A stretch of 52,217 bases of DNA, taken from the IMG/VR virus record IMGVR_UViG_3300023179_000149, positions 1 through 52,217 of that record; one strand, given 5' to 3'. A program made the position numbers and the translations under genes. The notes under the pieces were generated by a model that did no database searches, was not told where the DNA came from, and saw only the letters and a program-made list of their open reading frames with translations. Source of the stretch: a virus. Lineage: Duplodnaviria; Caudoviricetes. Shown here one piece after another: positions 8,070 through 17,529 of the stretch (the first letter of the stretch is position 1; the number at the start of each line of letters is the position of its first letter).

Positions 8070-8477
8070 TCTTCTGCTAACAACGGTAATTTAATCGGTA
8101 CAATCGTATCCGAAATTAACTACCGTCAACCCAATGATCAACTAAACGTAACACAATTCCGTGTTGCACCAGTTGATGCACGTGATGGCGATTCTGCTAT
8201 TCCTCTCACTGCTTACAACGGTGTAGGAAAAAATATCGCCGATAAATACAACCAAGGTGACACAGTTGGTATAACTTACCGACTGCGTTATACAACTTGG
8301 CAAGATAAAGAAGGTAAGTACTTGAGCCGTATGGAAATTGTGGTAACTTCTATTACTACAATCCGTCTTGGTAAAATCAGTACTGCTAAACGAGTTGAAG
8401 AAACAGCTGGTACCAACAAACCAACTGATAATCAACTCAGCCTCCAGGAAGATGATCTCTTGCTGGCTTCTATTTGA
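8067..8477 (+). CDS. ssb: Single-stranded DNA-binding protein (single OB fold)
   Basis: NNGNLIG...QFRVA...GDTVGITYRLRYTTWQDKEGKYLSRMEIV matches the bacterial SSB pattern. Confidence 0.85.
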   Translation: MSSANNGNLIGTIVSEINYRQPNDQLNVTQFRVAPVDARDGDSAIPLTAYNGVGKNIADKYNQGDTVGITYRLRYTTWQDKEGKYLSRMEIVVTSITTIRLGKISTAKRVEETAGTNKPTDNQLSLQEDDLLLASI

Positions 8478-8488
8478 TGGTCACACTT

Positions 8489-8510
8489 AGGGGATCTATG
8501 GATCCCTTTT
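8489..8510 (+). terminator. Putative intrinsic terminator
   Basis: AGGGGATC-TATG-GATCCCTT followed by TT. Confidence 0.5.
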
Positions 8511-8644
8511 CTGTGGTCCTCATCTGAGAACCACGTTAACTTTAAATTAATATAGTTAATAAAAATAATTAAATAAATATTAAACGTTCTTAAGGTTTTG
8601 TTTATATTTCCACATAAATAAATTTTCTTCTTTTCACCACGCAA

Positions 8645-8890
8645 ATGCTTCGTTTCTTTTCAACCTCCTTAATTGCCGCTGGATCCGCTTTCCTCATCTG
8701 GTCAAAACTAAACGACGTCCAAAAAGATAACATTAAACAAATCATTAAAACTAATAGACAAAAACTTGCTAACTTAATTTCTCCAGATGTAAATGATGGT
8801 GATTTAACTGACCTAGTAGATCCTTCCGTACTAGAAGAAATTGCTAAATATTGTAATGATAGTCAACCCAATATGGTTGACCCTTCTTAA
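8645..8890 (+). CDS. Hypothetical protein with N-terminal TM/signal anchor
   Basis: TSLIAAGSAFLIW. Confidence 0.65.
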   Translation: MLRFFSTSLIAAGSAFLIWSKLNDVQKDNIKQIIKTNRQKLANLISPDVNDGDLTDLVDPSVLEEIAKYCNDSQPNMVDPS

Positions 8891-8992
8891 TAAATATCAA
8901 ATCAAATAACTTACTTCGTTTAAACATTTTTTATTTTATGAATCAAGTTTGTATTTAAACTTGCTTCGTTCCACTCCTTTGCATCAAAAATC

Positions 8993-9226
8993 ATGCGCCA
9001 AGATTATTCTTTCCTCTATCAAAAGAATGACGACGGTTACTTAATCACCATTCGTGGTGACTTCGCAGAAATGTTAAGAGTAAACGTTCTTGAGAAACGT
9101 TCTCAATACATTAAGTTTGAAGCACCCATCGATGTCATTCGCAAAAGCGTCAACCTTCTCATAGGACAAGGTTATCGCCAAAAGCGGGACCTTGAACTAT
9201 CATGGAGGCCGTTGGCTGCTGACTAA
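8993..9226 (+). CDS. Hypothetical early protein
   Basis: ORF preceded by TCCTTTGCATC. Confidence 0.7.
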   Translation: MRQDYSFLYQKNDDGYLITIRGDFAEMLRVNVLEKRSQYIKFEAPIDVIRKSVNLLIGQGYRQKRDLELSWRPLAAD

Positions 9227-9260
9227 AAGTCTGCATAAAGGCATATGACTTAATAAATCT

Positions 9261-9617
9261 ATGCCTTTCCAACCTGTCCCACTGCCACCTACTGCAATGC
9301 AAATCTCTTCTGAACAAATCAACAAAATAGAGTATGTCATTTCTCATTTTAGTTTTGAAAAAATTCACTTAGCCATGATAACTCTTGACTGGGTTTGGGT
9401 TAGTGAGAATGGTGAGTTAAAAGTTCCTTCTGTTGCTGAATTAAAAGCTAAAGCTGCTTATTTATTAATGCAAACATTAAAAAATAATTCAGAAGAACAA
9501 TACACATATTCATCGGGAGGTATTACTGCCAAAAGATTTTTAAAAACTGACGAATCTCCCGAACTTTTTGAGTTGTCATTTGTATTAACAAGTTGTGATT
9601 CAGAATTCTACCAATAA
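9261..9617 (+). CDS. Conserved phage hypothetical protein
   Basis: FSFEKIHLAMITLDWVW...VPSVAELK...SSGG pattern seen in many phages. Confidence 0.75.
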   Translation: MPFQPVPLPPTAMQISSEQINKIEYVISHFSFEKIHLAMITLDWVWVSENGELKVPSVAELKAKAAYLLMQTLKNNSEEQYTYSSGGITAKRFLKTDESPELFELSFVLTSCDSEFYQ

Positions 9618-9637
9618 ATTCACACTACACAATTCAA

Positions 9638-9862
9638 ATGAAATATCAACCTTATTCACAGCTATCTTTAATAGCATCCGGTTTTGCATTAGCTTTTATT
9701 TTATTTAATGGACTTCAATATATAGTAAATCAAAACGTTAGCAAATATTGCAATGTACTCCTTAACAAAATTGTTGTTGTTGAACATATTACTGGCACTT
9801 CTAAATTCTGCGTTTCAAGAAAAGTATTAGAAGGACCTACTAATTTAACCTTACCTCAATAA
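9638..9862 (+). CDS. Small membrane protein
   Basis: TM LIASGFALAFILFNGL. Confidence 0.6.
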   Translation: MKYQPYSQLSLIASGFALAFILFNGLQYIVNQNVSKYCNVLLNKIVVVEHITGTSKFCVSRKVLEGPTNLTLPQ

Positions 9863-9953
9863 CAAATAACAATAGATCATTCAATAGAAATTTTTATTTC
9901 TATGGTAATACTGTTGGTTTTTAAAAAATTGTATCCTCTTGACTACAGTACAA

Positions 9954-10130
9954 ATGAACTCACTAAATCAACACTGGACTGCTGACATGCTTGATGCACT
10001 ATCAGACATTGCAGACGAACAAGAGTTAGCAATGCGTGAATCAGAACAAGATGAATGGGATGGTGTAGAGAAATTTCCAATTACCGACATCCCTCCACCA
10101 ACAACTTATGACCAGTCAACAGAATCCTAA
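9954..10130 (+). CDS. Small acidic protein
   Basis: D/E-rich; ATG 9954 preferred. Confidence 0.65.
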   Translation: MNSLNQHWTADMLDALSDIADEQELAMRESEQDEWDGVEKFPITDIPPPTTYDQSTES

Positions 10131-10512
10131 TAATGATGATGATGTAATCACAATCATTATTGCTCTCATCTACTCTCTTTTTACAATCATTTTCCCAATC
10201 CTATGGCACTTCTACCAGCACAACAAATCATCGCTAAAATCCTCAACTACGATCCCGTCTCAGAAGAAGAGGGTCTTACCCAATACCACGTCGAACCAAA
10301 CTGTTCTCTTGAAACCCCAGGTGGAAATAAAGCAGGTGACATCTACAAAACCAAACAAGATGTCCTCCGCTACTACTGGGTTCCAAAAGGAGGCAACCAC
10401 ACCAAAGAGGAGAAAAGAGACCTCGAAGGTTGGTACGACATCCCCAACCTTGAAGACATCGAAGAGTGGGTCTTCGATAGCGTTTGTTTCACTCCAGCAG
10501 ACGATGAAGTAG
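10108..10512 (+). CDS. Membrane-anchored Ser/Thr/Lys-rich protein overlapping the next gene
   Basis: Strong TM VITIIIALIYSLFTIIFPILW; 310-nt same-strand overlap. Confidence 0.45.
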   Translation: MTSQQNPNNDDDVITIIIALIYSLFTIIFPILWHFYQHNKSSLKSSTTIPSQKKRVLPNTTSNQTVLLKPQVEIKQVTSTKPNKMSSATTGFQKEATTPKRRKETSKVGTTSPTLKTSKSGSSIAFVSLQQTMK

Positions 10513-10559
10513 AACCAGATCATCCAGATTCTTGGCTTACGTTGTTGGGACTCATATAA
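10203..10559 (+). CDS. Acidic conserved phage protein
   Basis: C-terminal DSVC..ADDEVEPD...SWL motif known from phage hypotheticals. Confidence 0.75.
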   Translation: MALLPAQQIIAKILNYDPVSEEEGLTQYHVEPNCSLETPGGNKAGDIYKTKQDVLRYYWVPKGGNHTKEEKRDLEGWYDIPNLEDIEEWVFDSVCFTPADDEVEPDHPDSWLTLLGLI

Positions 10560-10591
10560 ACAAAACTTACTCTGAAACTCACTCTGAATCT

Positions 10592-12223
10592 ATGCAGTTC
10601 CAACTCCCATCCAACCTTCAACAACACCTTGCCAAATACGATCCTGAATTAAAGAAGACTATTTCAAACACAACAACTAAAACATCACGCAGCACTCTTG
10701 GCTTACCAGATGATCTAATCCCTGCCCATATCATCAGAAAAGAAGAACAGTTAGAAGCAGTAACTTATATTAATGGTAGACCAATTGAACAAAGATTACA
10801 TATATTTCGAAAGAATTCTGGTGAAATTAATGGTATTATTTACCACTTAGAAAAATTATGGCTAGCTGCTTGGTTACCTAATCCTGGAGAAGATTACGTT
10901 TATGGAATAACGTTTGCATTCAAACCTGGTGAATACGAAAAAATTAAAATTCCTTTTGGTAATACAGAAAAATTATTTAATAAAGATACTGTTATTACCA
11001 AGAAATATGGACGAGTTGATCTATGTTCGTGGACAAAATGCATAACAATAGATGATATTACAACAGGATTTAATACACTATATTGGTCTCATAATGCTAA
11101 TAGTTATAAACAGAAAATAAATGCAGCAATCAAACCCGCAATCAAATTGTTTACTAATCAGATTAAACAAACTATACCTCATTGGAAAGATGATGGTTAT
11201 CACAATATATTCGGACGATTAGATCCAAAAAGAAATAATTATAAATATATATTATCTTTATCTAGTGATTTTCCTTCTGTACCAGGGGTAGAACTATATA
11301 AGATGTATCTAGATGACAACAACAAATATCTATTAGATAAGCCCTGGTTCAAACGTTATATCAATACAGAATCACAAAAGATCATTGATGCCTTTAATCA
11401 TCCAGACACTGAGTCACCTGACGTATTATTAGATATACACAAAGACATAACAAAGATTCTTACATGGATTAATAAAGTACTAAAGATATGGCCTGCTTGC
11501 CCTGTTGATTATTTACAGACAGCTATAAGCAATAACACATTCAAAACACTTACTATGCATAGTTTGTATCACTCACTTTCCTCACCAGACTTAGTGCATA
11601 CCTGGCTTAATACTTATCTACCAGTAGAATCTTTCTTTAAAATTATTACTAAGTACATGGAAGAATGGTTTAGTAAGTTTACAAACTATTCACAAACTAC
11701 CAAATACAGAACTACATTTGATTCATTGCGAGATACAATAACAATGCTTGATCAGATACTTACAGCAGGTGAAACTATTGATCCACCTAAGCGTTGGCGC
11801 ATAGAAGAATTCCATGATCATATCCAGACTAAAGCATGGACAATAAAGAATCCTAATCAAGAATTACCACAAGATCTATTCCCTACACCTATCAAAGTAT
11901 TAGATGAAGAACAGAACTGGACATTCTTCCAGCCTAAAGATACCCACCAGCTATCCCAATGGGGGCAAGCAGTACGTAACTGTGTAGGCACAGCTGAGGG
12001 ATATGCTAATAGTGTTAAATCAAAGAAAGCTTTCATCGTCTTGTGCTTGTACAATAACAAACCTTTATTCACTGTCTTACTTAAAGTATTAAACGGTGTT
12101 ATGCACGTAGACCAGATTGTTAGTCTATCTAATGCCAGGCTCACCGACATTGAAAGAAACCTCTATGAAGATATGTTTAGCAAAGCGTTGCAGTTACGAG
12201 AAGAAGAACTAAAATTAGCATAA
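10592..12223 (+). CDS. PcfJ-like domain protein
   Basis: C-terminal EEFHD...QPKDTHQLSQWGQAVRNCVG...Y...FTV...DQI pattern; ATG 10592 preferred. Confidence 0.75.
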   Translation: MQFQLPSNLQQHLAKYDPELKKTISNTTTKTSRSTLGLPDDLIPAHIIRKEEQLEAVTYINGRPIEQRLHIFRKNSGEINGIIYHLEKLWLAAWLPNPGEDYVYGITFAFKPGEYEKIKIPFGNTEKLFNKDTVITKKYGRVDLCSWTKCITIDDITTGFNTLYWSHNANSYKQKINAAIKPAIKLFTNQIKQTIPHWKDDGYHNIFGRLDPKRNNYKYILSLSSDFPSVPGVELYKMYLDDNNKYLLDKPWFKRYINTESQKIIDAFNHPDTESPDVLLDIHKDITKILTWINKVLKIWPACPVDYLQTAISNNTFKTLTMHSLYHSLSSPDLVHTWLNTYLPVESFFKIITKYMEEWFSKFTNYSQTTKYRTTFDSLRDTITMLDQILTAGETIDPPKRWRIEEFHDHIQTKAWTIKNPNQELPQDLFPTPIKVLDEEQNWTFFQPKDTHQLSQWGQAVRNCVGTAEGYANSVKSKKAFIVLCLYNNKPLFTVLLKVLNGVMHVDQIVSLSNARLTDIERNLYEDMFSKALQLREEELKLA

Positions 12224-12333
12224 AACAAGCTAATAGCAATAGTTAAACTAAAAATAAATGACTTCTGTATCTAGAAATAGAAACGGTTGGCATTTTAATT
12301 AATTCTTAAACTCACTAACAAACACAAATTTAC

Positions 12334-12618
12334 ATGGAAATTCAAGAAATTCAAATTCTAAATGATCTCGCAATTATTTATGCTTACATAGATGACATGA
12401 TTCTAGTTCAACACAGTAATGAGATCACTCCAGCTGAATATAAACCAGGTTTATGTACAACTGTTGTAGATATATCAGATATACCGGCATGGTTACCGTT
12501 AAATCAAATGAGTTTAATTGAACAAATTCCAGTTATAGAGAAATATGTAAACTTAGAAAAACTTGAATGGACTCTTGTAGAAGATGAAGTTGATGGAGAT
12601 ATGAATGATATTTACTAA
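12334..12618 (+). CDS. Very acidic small protein
   Basis: 94 aa, many D/E and few K/R. Confidence 0.7.
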   Translation: MEIQEIQILNDLAIIYAYIDDMILVQHSNEITPAEYKPGLCTTVVDISDIPAWLPLNQMSLIEQIPVIEKYVNLEKLEWTLVEDEVDGDMNDIY

Positions 12619-12762
12619 AATATTCTTACTCTAATCAACTCATTATTTTTTATGTCAACCTCAAAACTTAAAGAACTTTATGTTTAGAAAATTGTAACTG
12701 AAACAAAATTAAATTTCTTGAAAAGTAACCATTAACATGATCAATTCATCCAAGGTGTCACA

Positions 12763-12966
12763 ATGTTAGAAGGAAAACACATTATTGTCCATCTTAAAGA
12801 ATGGAAATCAATCATTAATGCATTAGATATTCTTGAAGTTTTATTAAAAAGTAAACATGAAGACCTTACTTCAAATATAAATAACGATTTACTTGAGTCT
12901 CTTCAAGCACATTTTGATGCAAAAGAAATTTCAAAATTATCAGACAGAATTTCTCAAATCCGTTGA
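12763..12966 (+). CDS. Hypothetical protein
   Basis: ORF track. Confidence 0.55.
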   Translation: MLEGKHIIVHLKEWKSIINALDILEVLLKSKHEDLTSNINNDLLESLQAHFDAKEISKLSDRISQIR

Positions 12967-12994
12967 CAGTACTGATTAATCTAATCAGTATAAC
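12963..12994 (+). promoter_or_regulatory. Promoter-like site containing a palindrome
   Basis: TTGACA at 12963, TACTGATTA-ATC-TAATCAGTA at 12970-12990, TATAAC at 12989 (spacer 20 nt, non-canonical). Confidence 0.45.
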
Positions 12995-13020
12995 AACCTT
13001 TAAGTTACTTTAAAATTTGT

Positions 13021-13095
13021 GAACGTAGTTGTGTTTTGCATGACTACGTTCTAAAATAACGATCCGGTCCTGGATACGACCTTAAAATTTTCTAG
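13021..13095 (+). ncRNA. Leader hairpin plus H-type pseudoknot
   Basis: 13-bp hairpin at 13021-13051; GGTC-CTGGATAC-GACC-TTAAAATTT-TCTAG with CTGGA/TCTAG loop pairing. Confidence 0.5.
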
Positions 13096-13113
13096 TCCCT
13101 TTCATCCTGCACC

Positions 13114-13308
13114 ATGAATTCAACTGAGGTTTACTCCACAACAGAAGCCATGCTCCGATACGGCGGACGTTTTTTTCAATCACTAGCTACCGCAATACGT
13201 TATGCAGACAGCGAAAACAGAGAACGTATATTTCTTGCCTTTCCTAAAATCCTTTCTGAATATGGTCCACAAAGCAAATTCTACAACCCAATAGAGGAGC
13301 AAAAATGA
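13114..13308 (+). CDS. Conserved phage hypothetical protein
   Basis: M..YGG.F...LA.A...AD..N...I..AFP motif common in phage early genes. Confidence 0.8.
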   Translation: MNSTEVYSTTEAMLRYGGRFFQSLATAIRYADSENRERIFLAFPKILSEYGPQSKFYNPIEEQK

Positions 13309-13628
13309 GACAAACTGAAATTCACTTTGAAGATACAGAATTTACCTCAATCACTGGAAAAGTTTATACATTCAAAATGAATCCTATGAGAAAACTTGAT
13401 TTAATTATAAAAGCATTGAGAGATATTATTAAAGAAGAAGATAAACTTCACATGATGGATTGCAATTTACCAATCGGTTCAGATGAAAAAATATTAAGTG
13501 CAATTGAAGAACTTGAATACATTACTGAATATGATCCAACAGACGATATGGCTAACAGCGAACCAAATATAACAGCAGATGAAATGCATTCTTCTGCATG
13601 GAAACAACACTTAGCATTTCACTCCTGA
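13305..13628 (+). CDS. Hypothetical protein
   Basis: ATGA-coupled; EPNITADEMHSSAW tail. Confidence 0.7.
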   Translation: MRQTEIHFEDTEFTSITGKVYTFKMNPMRKLDLIIKALRDIIKEEDKLHMMDCNLPIGSDEKILSAIEELEYITEYDPTDDMANSEPNITADEMHSSAWKQHLAFHS

Positions 13629-13861
13629 TGAACAACTACGTCGCCTTAGTATCTGATCAAACATTAAGAATTTCTTGGATTTATTTATCAGCCAATTCTT
13701 GGGATGAAGCCGTAGATCAACTTGAAGAAAACGGATTTGAAGTTGTTACAGATCAAACAGAAAACTTCTCTGATATTGACTTGACTGATGCAAGCGAAAG
13801 ACAAAAATCTAATGTACATACTATTGAAGAAATCTTACCTTATGTAGTGCTGTATTCATGA
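13628..13861 (+). CDS. Small acidic protein
   Basis: TGATG coupling at 13626-13630. Confidence 0.7.
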   Translation: MNNYVALVSDQTLRISWIYLSANSWDEAVDQLEENGFEVVTDQTENFSDIDLTDASERQKSNVHTIEEILPYVVLYS

Positions 13862-14571
13862 ACAGTTCATTAACTTGTCCATCTGAAAATTCAAAAACAG
13901 GTGGAATTGCTGTTTCAACTACCTCGAGGGAATCTTGCCCATCTACTTGTAAACTTGCAGGTAAAGAAGGAGGTTGTTATGCAGAGGCAGGTTATTACAC
14001 ACGAATGCACTGGGATGCTGTTACAGCAGGTACACGTGGATCCGAACCCATTGTATTTATTAACGAAGTTAAGAAGTTACCTCGTCTTCAAATATTCAGA
14101 CACAACATTGCTGGTGACTTATGGCATGAACCAAATGCTACAGATATTATTCACCAGGAATACCTTTATAAATTAGCTAAGGCAGCTTCTCACCTATTGG
14201 CTGCTTGGACTTATACTCACCATAATTTAGACGGGATCAATGGTGCAGTTAATAAAAAAATTATTTTTAACTCAATTAAATTAAATTTTGTTGTAAATGT
14301 ATCAACTGAATCATTGGATGTAGCAGCACAACGCTACAAAGAAGGATTACCCACTGTAGTTGTACAACCAAAAGGACTACCAACTGCTTTTTTGCATAAC
14401 AAAGTAAGCTTTGTACAATGTCCTGCAACCTTACCAAAATCTAAAATCACATGCCAAACCTGTGGAGGCAGGTGGAAAAAGCCATTATGCGCCAGAGCAG
14501 ATCGAACTGTTGTGGTAGTATTTCCAGCGCACGGCATACGTGCTAAACAAGCAGTACTACAGTGTTCTTAA
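13858..14571 (+). CDS. GP88-like Cys-rich phage protein
   Basis: NSKTG...SCP..C......CYA, FRHNIAGD, WTYTH, CPA...TC..C...LC, FPAHG. Confidence 0.65.
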   Translation: MNSSLTCPSENSKTGGIAVSTTSRESCPSTCKLAGKEGGCYAEAGYYTRMHWDAVTAGTRGSEPIVFINEVKKLPRLQIFRHNIAGDLWHEPNATDIIHQEYLYKLAKAASHLLAAWTYTHHNLDGINGAVNKKIIFNSIKLNFVVNVSTESLDVAAQRYKEGLPTVVVQPKGLPTAFLHNKVSFVQCPATLPKSKITCQTCGGRWKKPLCARADRTVVVVFPAHGIRAKQAVLQCS

Positions 14572-14575
14572 CCAA

Positions 14576-14731
14576 ATGAAAAGAAACGGCACCAAACGTT
14601 TTGTTACAATTGCTGTCTATCTTGACGGCGAATGGAAAGAACTTTCGTACAATACGCAAAACCCCGCATGGAAAGAAACCGTGCAAATCTTAAGACAAGC
14701 TAAAGATAAATTTAGACTTATTTACAACTGA
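14576..14731 (+). CDS. Hypothetical protein
   Basis: ATG 14576 just after the upstream stop. Confidence 0.55.
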   Translation: MKRNGTKRFVTIAVYLDGEWKELSYNTQNPAWKETVQILRQAKDKFRLIYN

Positions 14732-14740
14732 GAAATTTAA

Positions 14741-14965
14741 ATGTTCAAACCAATTCCACCAGTTCCACCAGTTCCATCAATTCCGCCTGTCGGTCCGCCT
14801 AATTCTTTCTCTGTATTAAATGTAAATACACCACTTGGAAACCTAAGTGGGCACATAATGAAAACAGGCATTATTACCTTTATAAAATTAACAAATTCAC
14901 AAGGTAAGAAATTTAATTTAAAATCAATTGATATAGGAATTACAAAACAAATTGATGTTTCCTAA
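14741..14965 (+). CDS. Hypothetical protein with Pro-rich N-terminus
   Basis: PIPPVPPVPSIPPVGPP. Confidence 0.6.
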   Translation: MFKPIPPVPPVPSIPPVGPPNSFSVLNVNTPLGNLSGHIMKTGIITFIKLTNSQGKKFNLKSIDIGITKQIDVS

Positions 14966-15133
14966 ATGATAAATTTCGTATGCTCTTCTTTAGCGTGTGT
15001 TCAAATGTATTTAGGCGTGGGATACGTAAATCTATCTATAGGTAACACTTTGATTTACACTGCTTATTTTAAAAATAAAACTTATGTTTGCAATGTTGTT
15101 GCAGATAATTATCAATGTGAGTTAAAAAACTGA
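14966..15133 (+). CDS. Small Cys-containing protein (55 aa)
   Basis: Manual translation MINFVCSSLACVQMYLG...YQCELKN; ATG abuts the upstream TAA. Confidence 0.45.
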   Translation: MINFVCSSLACVQMYLGVGYVNLSIGNTLIYTAYFKNKTYVCNVVADNYQCELKN

Positions 15134-15745
15134 CCCTAATTTTTTTCCCAAGTAATCAACTAAAAAACTTCTTCCATCTTGATACTTTTCTTCTGTTAAA
15201 TTTACTGTTGGCGCTTTCAACTTTTCTACGTTACTAAATTGGTTTAATTGCTTATCTAACTGCTGTTCAGGGGAGGTGTAGTTAAAAGGTAATTTAGGCG
15301 CACTAAAATTAACATTGGCTTTAATGAACGGATTTACGCCCATTGAGCCCTCTAAATTAAAGGGTCCTACACCTAAAGATGCAGATTTGCTTAATGCATC
15401 AAGGCCAACATTCCAGCCCTCATTACTTCTTACATTGATTCCGCCAGGGGTAAGCTGAACACTTCCAGTGTCGTCATTAACTCCTAAAGAACCTTTTGTT
15501 AAAAGTTCTAAAATGTTTTTAGCTGGTCCAGTTTTTTCAGCCGCATTTTGTTCTGCATTTTTTTTAATATAATTAAGAGGAAATGTATTAGACCATGTGC
15601 TACTTGGGTTAGCAGATGTAGGTTCACCAGAAGCCCCCCAACCACCAACTGGTCTAATAAATTTAGAGGGGGCGTTGTTTTTACCTTGACCTCCTTCACT
15701 GCCCCAAGGTATTGTAAGATCGCTACTGAAATTAAAATTTGGCAC
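15122..15745 (-). CDS. Isolated minus-strand Gly/Ser/Asn-rich protein, late-type
   Basis: GTG start, own TATAAT upstream, C-terminal FLVDY motif. Confidence 0.7.
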   Translation of the reverse strand: MPNFNFSSDLTIPWGSEGGQGKNNAPSKFIRPVGGWGASGEPTSANPSSTWSNTFPLNYIKKNAEQNAAEKTGPAKNILELLTKGSLGVNDDTGSVQLTPGGINVRSNEGWNVGLDALSKSASLGVGPFNLEGSMGVNPFIKANVNFSAPKLPFNYTSPEQQLDKQLNQFSNVEKLKAPTVNLTEEKYQDGRSFLVDYLGKKLGSVF

Positions 15746-15789
15746 AATGTAAACCTTTTCATTAATTATATAATTGACAACTTAGGCGA

Positions 15790-16113
15790 ATGAAGGACAC
15801 ACCACAGTTCTTTCTGTACCGGAACAATTCCAAAGAATTTATTCAAAACATCATGAACAACATCGAATTCCCTTCCAATAACGACGTCAAGGATCTTAGC
15901 CAGCGGGACAGCTACAGCCTTCAGCAGCTGCAAGCTATGCAAGTAGTATCACGCATGAGAGAAGCTGCAGACAAGGTAGGTGCTGGATTTGTTGGAGGTT
16001 TTGTTACATCAACCGGAGAACGTTTCCTTATGTCTAACATGGATAGCGACAGCAATCAACTCAAAGCAATCAATGCCAAACTAAACGAACTACAGAACAA
16101 GGATTTAACCTGA
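15790..16113 (+). CDS. Hypothetical protein
   Basis: ORF track; the start may be the downstream ATG (MNNIEF). Confidence 0.65.
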   Translation: MKDTPQFFLYRNNSKEFIQNIMNNIEFPSNNDVKDLSQRDSYSLQQLQAMQVVSRMREAADKVGAGFVGGFVTSTGERFLMSNMDSDSNQLKAINAKLNELQNKDLT

Positions 16114-16140
16114 TACAATTTTAGTAATTGCTAACGTTCT

Positions 16141-16368
16141 GTGAATTATCTTGATAAGATCGACACGATCATTGGATCAATTGAAGAGCTTATAGAAAAT
16201 CCTGAATTCTTGAGCTTACTCACCAGTGAAGCAGAGATCTCTCTAGATGAAGCTCTAGAACTGTTTTACGTAATAGAACTATTAGCTACTCCAGCAGAAG
16301 AAAAAGTTATAGATGACCCAATCAAGTGGCGTTTTGAACAGGATAAAGAAAACGAAACCGAAGACTAA
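16141..16368 (+). CDS. Very acidic small protein
   Basis: E/D-rich; TGATACAAT extended -10 at 16111. Confidence 0.65.
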   Translation: MNYLDKIDTIIGSIEELIENPEFLSLLTSEAEISLDEALELFYVIELLATPAEEKVIDDPIKWRFEQDKENETED

Positions 16369-16448
16369 ACTAACCAATTAAGTCAAAAATTAATCAATCA
16401 TATGCCTTTACATGGGTAGTTGGTTGGTTATTTTTTTATTTTATTCTT

Positions 16449-16637
16449 ATGACAACAACACTTTTTATAGCTTCTTTAGCTTTAACTGCTTTATTAATGA
16501 AGGCATATGGAAAAAAAACTTTGCGTCGAATACAAAGAAACACATCTAAATTTTTTCTTTTGGTTGCAAAATTTCTGCAGCCAAGAGAAGACATCAAGCT
16601 ACTTGACTCAAGTAAACTCCAACTTTTTGCTTACTGA
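16449..16637 (+). CDS. Small membrane-anchored protein
   Basis: N-terminal TM; TGATG coupling. Confidence 0.55.
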   Translation: MTTTLFIASLALTALLMKAYGKKTLRRIQRNTSKFFLLVAKFLQPREDIKLLDSSKLQLFAY

Positions 16638-16924
16638 TGTACAGAACCAAAGCCCAGCACTTCTACAAGTCTAAAGACCACGGCCACATACATAGCCAAC
16701 ACGAAGGGGTACGTAAGTTTTGGAAAATATATCGTAAAATCAAAATGATTATTAAAACTTTATATGATATTAGTTCCGTTCTAGTTATTATAATGAGTTT
16801 TGATAAGGTTTATAAGTACAAAAGTTTTAGAGTAATTAAAACTTGGCAAGTAGCACAACTTATTGAAAGGATTCCAAGAATGCTTAATAATTTTAGAAAT
16901 AATTTTATGCCTTCTTTCCATTGA
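16637..16924 (+). CDS. Basic hypothetical protein
   Basis: Coupled to the upstream gene. Confidence 0.5.
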   Translation: MYRTKAQHFYKSKDHGHIHSQHEGVRKFWKIYRKIKMIIKTLYDISSVLVIIMSFDKVYKYKSFRVIKTWQVAQLIERIPRMLNNFRNNFMPSFH

Positions 16925-17100
16925 AAATCTTAATGTAATGTGCAATACAATTTAATTTTCTCTTAACTTATATTCTATTCTTATCTGGTAGGGTGAATTG
17001 CTTGACTATGTAGTGGTACCAATGGCTTTGACTCACGCAATCTCATGCAAAAGCGCAGATTCATGCCTCGCATAATGAGATACCGGAGATCAAATAAGCC

Positions 17101-17298
17101 ATGGACTCGTCAGAAGTCGTTGATTCAGCCTGCCAGATAAGACCTTTCACCTCTCAACTTGTTTGGGCTGTTATGACAAAAACAGCTACAGGTAAAAGTG
17201 AGATCGTGAGAGTAGTCAGCAGTCACGAGGAAGCAGACCTCGCAGTTCAAGACAATCCTTCTATGTTTTACAAATCGGGGCCTGTCCTGTTAGCGTAA
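17101..17298 (+). CDS. Hypothetical protein
   Basis: ORF track. Confidence 0.6.
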   Translation: MDSSEVVDSACQIRPFTSQLVWAVMTKTATGKSEIVRVVSSHEEADLAVQDNPSMFYKSGPVLLA

Positions 17299-17319
17299 AG
17301 CAGCATCACAACCACTCCT

Positions 17320-17529
17320 ATGAAGCTACCGGTTCTTGGTTACACTGTATTAATACACCACCAGGGGGTGGGAACTTTTGCGCCCCATTTCCCTTCCATG
17401 GATGAGGCAGAAGAGTTTAGTAACGCATTAAAACTTATTACAGATGGAACCTCAATAAGCGAACCGCTTCCAGTAATTGCAAGTAAAAACTACATCGTTA
17501 ACTTTGATATACAATCAGCAATAACGTAG
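17320..17529 (+). CDS. Hypothetical protein
   Basis: ORF track. Confidence 0.6.
   Translation: MKLPVLGYTVLIHHQGVGTFAPHFPSMDEAEEFSNALKLITDGTSISEPLPVIASKNYIVNFDIQSAIT

Noticed and set aside
13066-13095. preQ1-I riboswitch
   Set aside because: Topology is similar, but the ligand-binding consensus and que gene context are missing.
17020-17105. Possible structured RNA or micro-ORFs upstream of 17101
   Set aside because: Pairings (ATGGCTT/AAGCCAT, ATCTCAT/ATGAGAT) are single-copy with no covariation support; ORFs are short and ambiguous.
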